Source: a virus (lineage: Duplodnaviria > Caudoviricetes). From it: a DNA stretch of 64,000 bases. Under the pieces are notes generated by a model. The model saw only the letters and a list, made by a program, of their open reading frames with translations. It was not told the DNA's origin and ran no database searches. Each line of letters starts with the position of its first letter. Within the stretch, counting starts at the first letter, position 1. Location: the IMG/VR virus record IMGVR_UViG_3300006846_000001, positions 37,314-101,313 of that record. One strand, 5' to 3'. Both the position numbers and the translations under genes were made by a program. Below, piece after piece: positions 53,400-60,201 of this stretch.

Positions 53400-53940
53400 A
53401 CGCCAGGACCTTACCGGGGTTACCGGCGACCACTGCCCCCGGGGGCACGTCATCGATGATCACGGCGCCGGCCCCGACGAAGGCCCCGGCGCCGATGGTG
53501 ATGCCGCCGTGGGACACGGTCGCGTTGGATCCGATGACGACGTCAGGGCCGACGGTCGTGTCCCCGCCCAGGACGGCCCCGGCACAGATGAGGGTGAACT
53601 CGCCGACGCTCGATCCGTGGGCGATGACGGCGTTGTACTGGATGTGGGTGTGGTGGCCGATGGTCACCTCATCGCCGAGGTGAGCGCCGGGCCAGAGCAT
53701 GACGCCGCCGCCCCGGGGTCCCACGATGCGCCGGTCGTAGAGGCGCTGGACGAGGGCCCGGCGCTGCTCGGGCCATGCTTGGCCGGCGATCCAGGGGTGC
53801 GTCTTGGCGCCCTCTACGCAGTCCAGGAGGTGGGGGTGCTGGCCCTGGTCGTCATCGTAGAGGACCGGGCCTCGGCCCTCGTCGCGGAGGATGGCGGCGA
53901 TCTGGCGGCCGTGCGGGCCGGCCCCGAGGACAGCGATCAT
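53332..53940 (-). CDS. Hexapeptide-repeat sugar acetyltransferase (NeuD/PglD-like)
   Basis: LGAGPHG, left-handed beta-helix repeats, VGAGAVIIDDVP...AGNPGK. Confidence 0.88.
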   Translation of the reverse strand: MIAVLGAGPHGRQIAAILRDEGRGPVLYDDDQGQHPHLLDCVEGAKTHPWIAGQAWPEQRRALVQRLYDRRIVGPRGGGVMLWPGAHLGDEVTIGHHTHIQYNAVIAHGSSVGEFTLICAGAVLGGDTTVGPDVVIGSNATVSHGGITIGAGAFVGAGAVIIDDVPPGAVVAGNPGKVLAYDWSYRDMAQGRRGRAGVAPPL

Positions 53941-54018
53941 CCCGGGACGGTATCCCGGGCGGGGCCGGTGGCGGGGCACCTCGAATGGGGCGTAAGAGGC
54001 GCCCCGCCAGCGGAGGAC

Positions 54019-54696
54019 TCAGGCCGCCCGAAGGCGGCGGCGGGCGATGGCCATGATGGTGCCGCCCGCAGCGATGAGGCCCGCTCCGGTGGCCACCATG
54101 GGGCCGGTCGTGGAGCCGGTTTGGGGCAACTGCCCTGTTGAGGTGGGCGTCTGCGGGGCGGCGACGAAGGACGGCTCGTTGCAGGCGACGCCGTCACCGT
54201 CAGCGTCGAGGCCGGGGCGGTAGCCCACGTCACCGGAGGCGAGGGGCGCTCGGCCCGCGGCGCGCACGTCGTCGCAGTCCTGGTACAGGTTGGCGTCGCC
54301 GGCCGTCGTGGAGGTCGTGGCCGGGAGGGGAGGCATCGTGGTGGAGGTCGTCAGGATGGTAGAGGTCGTGGTTGGGGCCACGGTCGTGGACGTCGTCGTG
54401 GGTGGGGCTGTGGTGGAGGTCGTCGTCGGGGGCGGCTCGGCGCACACGCACCGGCCCTCCTCGTCGATCTCACCGATGAGGTCCGGGGTGGACTCGTCGC
54501 CGTCGTGGTCGAAGGTGCACCGGTTGCCGGGCTCGGCGTCGTCGCTGGACTCCCCATCGCAGTCGACGTCGGGGCTGGAGCATGGGGGCTTCTGCGTCTG
54601 GGGGCTGGCCGATGCTGGCGAGGCGGACGATGCCACACCGATGGTCAGGCCCAGCGTCAGGGCCACGAGGGCCAGGATGGCTCGGAGCGAGCGCAT
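54019..54696 (-). CDS. Secreted Excalibur Ca-binding protein with Thr-rich linker and LPXTG anchor
   Basis: Signal peptide, poly-Thr/Ser linker, YQDCDDVRAAGRAPL..GD.GY...LDADGDGVAC, LPQTG, TM and RRRLR tail; palindrome variant at 54735-54748. Confidence 0.85.
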   Translation of the reverse strand: MRSLRAILALVALTLGLTIGVASSASPASASPQTQKPPCSSPDVDCDGESSDDAEPGNRCTFDHDGDESTPDLIGEIDEEGRCVCAEPPPTTTSTTAPPTTTSTTVAPTTTSTILTTSTTMPPLPATTSTTAGDANLYQDCDDVRAAGRAPLASGDVGYRPGLDADGDGVACNEPSFVAAPQTPTSTGQLPQTGSTTGPMVATGAGLIAAGGTIMAIARRRLRAA

Positions 54697-54772
54697 AGGG
54701 CTTCCTTCCCTGGGGGGTTGGTAAGCCAGCGACCCTAACCCGGGTGACCACCCGTGCGCGCAACCCGGCCGA

Positions 54773-55486
54773 TCACGGCCTCACGAGGTAGGCAGGGAAG
54801 CGCCCGTCGGAGTCCTCCAGGAGGGTGAGCTTGCCCAGCGCTCGAAGGTCGGCCATGGCTCCGTCGCGGTCGGCGATCCACGGCCAGTGCATGGAGATGA
54901 TCATGGGGCAGCGCACATCCGTGAGGCGCCCCAGGATGTCCGCCTCGCCTCCCTCGATGTCGATCTTCACGAGGGCCAGGTCCTGGCCGGCGCGGGCCAG
55001 GACGTCGCCGATGTCCACGGCCGGTGCCGTCACCTCTTGGATGATCGGCGCCTCCCCCTCGGAGTGGCGGAGGTACAACTCGGGGGCGATCGTCGTGGAC
55101 CCGGAGTTGCCCCAGTCAGCCCGGTTGCGGAGGATGATGGACCCGACGATGCCGTTGGTGACGGCGGCGGGCCAGATGCTCACGTTCTCCGCGTTCATGG
55201 CCACGTTCGATAGGAGGACGGGCACGGCGTAGGGGTCGGGCTCGATGGCAATGACGTGGTCGGCTCGCTGGGCGCCCCACAGGACGGTCGGGCCAACCCA
55301 GGCGCCGATGTCCAGATAGGTGCCACCATCCGTGAGGTGCCGATGGATGGCCTCCAGGACCTGGGGCTCCCAGACGCCAGAGGCGTACTGCTGCTCCCAG
55401 AAGTTCCAAGATCGGGTCTGGTCATCGTCCATGACGGCGAAGGTGTACCGGCCCCGGGTGACATCAATGATCCTCACAGGCGCCAC
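54773..55486 (-). CDS. FkbM-family methyltransferase
   Basis: WEP, LDIGAWVG, IAIEP, LVKIDIEGGE. Confidence 0.88.
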   Translation of the reverse strand: MAPVRIIDVTRGRYTFAVMDDDQTRSWNFWEQQYASGVWEPQVLEAIHRHLTDGGTYLDIGAWVGPTVLWGAQRADHVIAIEPDPYAVPVLLSNVAMNAENVSIWPAAVTNGIVGSIILRNRADWGNSGSTTIAPELYLRHSEGEAPIIQEVTAPAVDIGDVLARAGQDLALVKIDIEGGEADILGRLTDVRCPMIISMHWPWIADRDGAMADLRALGKLTLLEDSDGRFPAYLVRP

Positions 55487-56103
55487 CCCTCGCCGCGAGT
55501 GTCACCCACGTGGATGACGCGGGGCGGGTCGTCGCGGCGGCCGTAGTACCCGAAGCTCAGGCCCTGGTCGAGGCACCGCTGGGTGAAGCCAGCCTCGTTG
55601 CCCACACCGAGGGGACCGGAAGGCCACTCCAACTCAAGGATGCGGCGGGGGATGAGGCACGGGTTGAGTGAGAAGAGGCGCCCCTGCACGAGGAAGCCCT
55701 GCCGCTGGCGCAGCTCGTGGGGGGGCCAGGTGGCGAAGATGTCACCGGCGGCCCGCTCCTCAGGTGACCAGGGCTGGCGCTTGAGGCACATCTGGGCCAG
55801 GTAGGTGGAGCGCTCCAGGATGCTGGCCATGTGCCACACGTCAACGGGACCAGCGAAGCGGAAGTCCTCCTCGATGTGCAGGAGGTAGTCGGCGCCCTCG
55901 GCGAGGGCCCAGGCCCAGGCCGTCTGGACGGCGCCGGCCATCCCCAGGTGGTGCTCCTGGTCATCCACGATGAGCGTCGAGAGGTCCACCGGGGCGGCGG
56001 CCAGGCTGGGGAGGATGTGCTCGCGGTAACTCTCGCGGCAGTCCGGGAGGTGCAGGTCTCCGCGGTCGCTGATGAAGGCGACGGCGATGCGGGGGGCGGT
56101 CAC
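55474..56103 (-). CDS. Glycosyltransferase-like (GT-A) protein
   Basis: IVDD, LLHIEEDF, SLNP, VIHVG. Confidence 0.7.
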   Translation of the reverse strand: MTAPRIAVAFISDRGDLHLPDCRESYREHILPSLAAAPVDLSTLIVDDQEHHLGMAGAVQTAWAWALAEGADYLLHIEEDFRFAGPVDVWHMASILERSTYLAQMCLKRQPWSPEERAAGDIFATWPPHELRQRQGFLVQGRLFSLNPCLIPRRILELEWPSGPLGVGNEAGFTQRCLDQGLSFGYYGRRDDPPRVIHVGDTRGEGWRL

Positions 56104-56729
56104 TCCTCGTCGTCGAGGTGCTTGTCGATCTCGGCCTTGACGGTGGTCCGCATCTCGGGGCGTGCGAGCTCGACGAGCCAGGCGGCCTGGGACCGCTCGG
56201 CGGCGTCGGCCTCATCGGCGGCGCTCTGGATCCAGACGATCACGTCGGCCGCGTTCTTGGGGACGTCGTCGCTGGCGTACCGCGGGGTGGGCGCCACCTC
56301 GGCCTCATCGGTGGGGGCGTCCTGGGGACCGGCCTCGTCGGCGGGCTCCTCGGCCTCGGGGGCCTCGGTGGACTGCTCGTCGGGTTCGGTGGGAGCGTCC
56401 TGGATGCTGCCAGCCTGGGCGAGGGCCTGGCGCATGGCGGCCTCCCAGGACTCGTCACCGTCGGCGGTGGCGCCGGTGATGACGCCGCGGTTCCACGCGA
56501 CGGCCGTGAGGATGATGGAGCGCATGCGCCCGGGGCGGGCGTGCTCCACCTCCTCGACGAGGTCCACGCGCCGGGACCGTTCGGCGTGGTCGGCGCCGGG
56601 CTCCCGGAGGAAGGCCAGGATGTCCTCAGGGTGGCCGGGCACGTGGTCGGCCGGATCGGGGGGCGGCTCCACGTAGACGCGGTGGGGACCGACCTTTGAC
56701 TTGGGGGCGTACGGGTCGTGGGCACTCAT
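56100..56729 (-). CDS. Hypothetical acidic protein with two repeated helical units
   Basis: VPGHPEDILAF...VEHARPGRMRS and VPKNAADVIVW...VELARPEMRT. Confidence 0.6.
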   Translation of the reverse strand: MSAHDPYAPKSKVGPHRVYVEPPPDPADHVPGHPEDILAFLREPGADHAERSRRVDLVEEVEHARPGRMRSIILTAVAWNRGVITGATADGDESWEAAMRQALAQAGSIQDAPTEPDEQSTEAPEAEEPADEAGPQDAPTDEAEVAPTPRYASDDVPKNAADVIVWIQSAADEADAAERSQAAWLVELARPEMRTTVKAEIDKHLDDEE

Positions 56730-57934
56730 ACCGGTGACGCTACTTGCGCCGGCTCAGCGATCGGGGGTGCGGTCATGGTGGAGGGGTTGAGGGCGCCGCA
56801 CGTCTCGAGGATGCGGTTCCACTCGTTGAGGTCACCCTGCGCTTGGAGGGTCAGCTCTGAGGCGCGCTGGTAGGAGGCGAGGCTGACCCGGCGGTAGTAG
56901 TCCTCGTCGTCGAGCATCGAGAGGACGGCCTGCCACCCGTCGATGTCGGTCCGGTCCACGAAGATGCCGGCGGTGCCCAGCGCCTCAACGAGGCCGTCGG
57001 TGGGGTTCGCGATCACGGGGATGCCCGAGCACATCGCCTCGGTGGCGACGCGGCCCCACGACTCGTACCAGGAGGGCACGAGGAGGACGCGGGTGTGGGC
57101 GTACACGTCGTTGAGCATGTCGCCCGTCTGGGGCTGCCACGTGACGTTCGGGGTGGTGTGGTTGGGGCGGGTCTGCTCGCCGTAGGCGCCCTCCACGGTC
57201 AGGTAGCGGCGCGCCGGCGGCCGGCGGGCCAGGGTGTAGAAGACCTCGGCGCCCTTCTCCTTCGTGGGGTTGGAGAGCGTCACGAAGGGTGCCGTCCACG
57301 GGTCCCGGGCGAGGGCGTAGTCATCGATGAGGACCGGCGGCCGCACCAGGCCCACCGCGCCCCGGGCCTGCTCCCACTTGGCCACCGATGAGGCGCCGAT
57401 CCACCGGGAGTTGGCCACGGCGATCGTCAGGTTGTCGGGCGTGAGCTTCCAGTGGTGGAGCTGGGCGTCGTTGTGCACCAGGTACACGAGGGGCCGCTGG
57501 TAGAGGGCGGCCGTCTCGACGGCCTCACGGGTCCACATGAGGTGCCCCACCATCACGTCGGCTTGGGGGGCCAGCTCGTGGAGGTCGCGGTGGGGCACGA
57601 CGCGGACGCCCTCCAGGGTGTACGCATCCGGTGTGGCCGTGACGACGATGGCCCGGTGCCCGCGGCGCACGCTGTCACGCAGCAGGTGGTGGAGCATCCA
57701 CTCGGCGCCGGCGTTCTGGATGGGCGGGTACCGGTCCACGCACGCCAGGATGTTGACCTGCGGTCGGCGCTCCTGGCCATCCTCGAGGCGCCCGCCGGGG
57801 AGCTGGGGCACGTCGTAGCGGCGGTGGTGGGCGAAGGGGTCGTGGTTGCGCACGAGGCGACCGTAGCGGCGCGGCGCCGCGGGAGACGGCTCTGCCGGGG
57901 GCTCGCCGACGATGACGCGGTGGGGGCCGGGCAT
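56726..57934 (-). CDS. Glycosyltransferase family 4 (GT-B)
   Basis: YPP..NAGAE, KG, LVPSWYESWGRVATEAMCSGIPVI. Confidence 0.9.
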   Translation of the reverse strand: MPGPHRVIVGEPPAEPSPAAPRRYGRLVRNHDPFAHHRRYDVPQLPGGRLEDGQERRPQVNILACVDRYPPIQNAGAEWMLHHLLRDSVRRGHRAIVVTATPDAYTLEGVRVVPHRDLHELAPQADVMVGHLMWTREAVETAALYQRPLVYLVHNDAQLHHWKLTPDNLTIAVANSRWIGASSVAKWEQARGAVGLVRPPVLIDDYALARDPWTAPFVTLSNPTKEKGAEVFYTLARRPPARRYLTVEGAYGEQTRPNHTTPNVTWQPQTGDMLNDVYAHTRVLLVPSWYESWGRVATEAMCSGIPVIANPTDGLVEALGTAGIFVDRTDIDGWQAVLSMLDDEDYYRRVSLASYQRASELTLQAQGDLNEWNRILETCGALNPSTMTAPPIAEPAQVASPV

Positions 57935-58122
57935 CAGCGGGCCGGCCAGGTCGAGGGATCACCGCGCAAGGCGGGGTTGCAGGGCATGCCTGGGGCGCCG
58001 CAGCACCCTTCACCCTCATCCCACGGACAGTCCGGGTGCTCCTCGCAGACGTGCCCGGAGCCGGCGCAGCGAGGGCAGCCGGGGTCGCAGACGAAGGCGT
58101 CGCGGATCGAGGGGAGGGTCAC
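57934..58122 (-). CDS. Small Cys-rich protein
   Basis: CPRCAGSGHVCEEHP...CCGAPGMPC. Confidence 0.5.
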   Translation of the reverse strand: MTLPSIRDAFVCDPGCPRCAGSGHVCEEHPDCPWDEGEGCCGAPGMPCNPALRGDPSTWPAR

Positions 58123-58934
58123 GGCGGGTTGTCGCGGACGCGGTGGGCGCCGCCGAACATTTCGGCGGCGGACAGGACCTTGGCCGCGGGCTGGCCCATC
58201 GGGCGGCCGCCGTTGGCCACGACCAGGAACACGTCAACCTCGTAGATCCCGAAGCGCCCCTCCGTCAGGAAGGTGAAGGGGTCGAGGACGGTGAAGCTCG
58301 CGCCCTCGTAGGTGGCCTGGGTGAGGCGCCGGGGGAGGCGGCAGTCGTCGCAGTTGTTCGGCGGCCAGGACTTGACCAGCTCGCACGCCAGGACCTCGGC
58401 TGCGAGGACACCCTCGGGGCCGGGCACCGACCCGTACCGGTACTCGATGGTGAAGACGCCGGGGCCGGGGTCGGCGATCAGGTTGTTGCAGCAGGGCCAG
58501 ACGCCCCCGTCAGTGCGCACGAGGTACCGGTCGTCCACGATGGTGTAGGCGGTGAAGGGCGCCCCGTCGATCGTCACGGCGGTCACGTCGACGATGGGGT
58601 GGCCGGGGAGCCTCACGTTGCTGTGCATCTGGCAGGGCGTTCCCAGGGGGTCGCCTCCGCAGGAGCAGGGGCCGGTGCCCCACCAGTCCCACTCCGCCAG
58701 CGGGAGGGGCCGTGACCCCTCACCCGTGGGGTTCTGGAGCGTCTGGAGGGTGTGGCCACCGGCGCCGGGCCACACGAGGTCCGTGCAAATGCCGGGCCAC
58801 TGGTACCCGGTCGCACGGAACAGGAGGCCCGAGGCCGCCTCCAGCGCCCGCTGGAATTGCCCGTCAGGCTCCGCCTCGGGCTTGCAGTAGCGGACGTTGT
58901 CGATGTCCACCCACGGGGAGCAGAGGGCCGTCAT
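58119..58934 (-). CDS. Head-to-tail adaptor
   Basis: AASGLLFRATG..W.G.C, V.IDG, WP.C, Y.YG..P..G.LAA..LACE, G..EVD. Confidence 0.75.
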   Translation of the reverse strand: MTALCSPWVDIDNVRYCKPEAEPDGQFQRALEAASGLLFRATGYQWPGICTDLVWPGAGGHTLQTLQNPTGEGSRPLPLAEWDWWGTGPCSCGGDPLGTPCQMHSNVRLPGHPIVDVTAVTIDGAPFTAYTIVDDRYLVRTDGGVWPCCNNLIADPGPGVFTIEYRYGSVPGPEGVLAAEVLACELVKSWPPNNCDDCRLPRRLTQATYEGASFTVLDPFTFLTEGRFGIYEVDVFLVVANGGRPMGQPAAKVLSAAEMFGGAHRVRDNPP

Positions 58935-59007
58935 GGCCCTGAGCGTACGCGTGAGGGACGCCTCCCCAGTGGGAAGCGCCCCCTGTTGGGCTAGCGGCCC
59001 GGTGAGG

Positions 59008-59259
59008 TCAGAAGGCGACCAGCGCCCACGGGCGGGTGACCTCGAAGCCCTGGCCGGCGACGACGAAGTCCGTGCGGCCGAAGTCGAAGTCGATGGCCAC
59101 GACCTGGCCCGTCAGGAACCGGCCGAACGACTCGACCATCACGGTCCGCCCGATCATGTGCTCGGCCACCCCGTTGACGGACTCAACGCCCATGGCGAAC
59201 AGCTCCATGACCCGCTCGGCGGGGATCTCTCGCTTCGTGACTCGGTGCGTCGTGCTCAT
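59008..59259 (-). CDS. Hypothetical protein, leaderless cassette gene
   Basis: ATGAGCAC start 10 nt from an exact palindrome. Confidence 0.7.
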   Translation of the reverse strand: MSTTHRVTKREIPAERVMELFAMGVESVNGVAEHMIGRTVMVESFGRFLTGQVVAIDFDFGRTDFVVAGQGFEVTRPWALVAF

Positions 59260-59269
59260 AGGGAAGATA

Positions 59270-59283
59270 CTAACCCGGGTTAG
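59270..59283 (-). promoter_or_regulatory. Palindrome CTAACCCGGGTTAG
   Basis: Exact copy; -10 TAGTAT, -35 TTGCGT. Confidence 0.9.
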
Positions 59284-59343
59284 CGCCGAACGCAAGAGGG
59301 GCGCCGCCCCCGGGAGGACGACGCCCCTGTCTGGGGGTGGTGA

Positions 59344-59742
59344 TCAGCGGCCGGCGGCCACGTGGTGGACGGCGGCGTCCCAGGCCCGGAGGCCATCATC
59401 GCCGAAGTCGTGGCCGAGGCGGTGGCGGACCTGCCCGAAGGCGGCGGCCCGGTCGGCCCCGGCGGGCACCAGAGCAACGAGGGAGCGCACGGCCTGCGGG
59501 AGGGCGGGGATGAGGTTGGTGAGGGTGGGCCGCCGCCGCTCCATCTCCTCGACCATCTCGGCGATGCCGGCGATCTCCTCGTCGGTGAAGCCCAGGGCGG
59601 CACCCACGGCCTCCGGGGTGATGCCCCGGGTGTGGACCAGCACGACGGCCAGGCGCAGGGTCGGCCGCATGTTGTCGAAGAGCAGGGCCCGAAACTCGGC
59701 CGGGGTGAGGGGGGCATCTTCGTCAGTGGTGTGCGTGCTCAT
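59344..59742 (-). CDS. Hypothetical protein (possible HTH), leaderless cassette gene
   Basis: GITPEAVGAALGFTDEEI; ATGAGCAC start. Confidence 0.65.
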   Translation of the reverse strand: MSTHTTDEDAPLTPAEFRALLFDNMRPTLRLAVVLVHTRGITPEAVGAALGFTDEEIAGIAEMVEEMERRRPTLTNLIPALPQAVRSLVALVPAGADRAAAFGQVRHRLGHDFGDDGLRAWDAAVHHVAAGR

Positions 59743-59752
59743 ACCGATGACA

Positions 59753-59779
59753 CTAACCCGGGTTAGCAGGAAAGGTCAA
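59753..59779 (-). promoter_or_regulatory. Palindrome CTAACCCGGGTTAG with -35 TTGACC
   Basis: Exact copy; -10 TAGTGT. Confidence 0.9.
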
Positions 59780-59840
59780 GCGGGGCGCGGGAGGTTGAAG
59801 ATCTCCCGCCGGAATGACGGTTGGCTTGAAGTCGCCCCCG

Positions 59841-60197
59841 TCAGGTGATGCGGATCGTCCCGAGCTCGACGACGATGGTGTCCCCGCTGAAGGTGAAGCG
59901 TCCGAAGAGGCGCCAGAACCCGACGGTCAGGTCGAGGGGGCCGGTGCCGATCTGGGGGGTCTCGGCCGAGGTGCGCCAGGCGCCCGTCTCTGCGATCACG
60001 GGGCCGAGGGTCCCGGCCGTCCAGCTCGTGATGGGCCGGGTGCCTTCGGGGCCGAGGAACGCGAACTCGGCGGTCGCGCCGGTGGGGTCCTCACGGAAGA
60101 CGAGGTCCTCGACGGTGATCGTCTGGATGCTCTCGCGTGGGATGGCAACGTCGCCGCCGCAGTTGCAGCCCGGGCTCGCCGTGAGGGTGGCGCCCAT
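59841..60197 (-). CDS. Small beta-rich virion protein (putative)
   Basis: Coupled to the SGNH gene; Ig-like composition. Confidence 0.5.
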   Translation of the reverse strand: MGATLTASPGCNCGGDVAIPRESIQTITVEDLVFREDPTGATAEFAFLGPEGTRPITSWTAGTLGPVIAETGAWRTSAETPQIGTGPLDLTVGFWRLFGRFTFSGDTIVVELGTIRIT

Positions 60198-60201
60198 CAG
60201 G

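Noticed and set aside
54300-54435. GTG/GTC-rich tandem repeats as a DNA-level repeat element
   Set aside because: Explained by the Thr-rich linker codons of the LPXTG protein.
11052-59766. Palindrome repeats as a CRISPR array
   Set aside because: Copies are dispersed hundreds to thousands of bases apart rather than separated by 30-40-bp spacers, and there are no cas genes.
4612-59779. Palindrome as integron attC sites (TAAC...GTTAG resembles the R''/R' cores)
   Set aside because: Only 4 bp separate the arms, with no L boxes or long imperfect stem, and no integron integrase is in the window. The fixed position between -35 and -10 fits an operator better.
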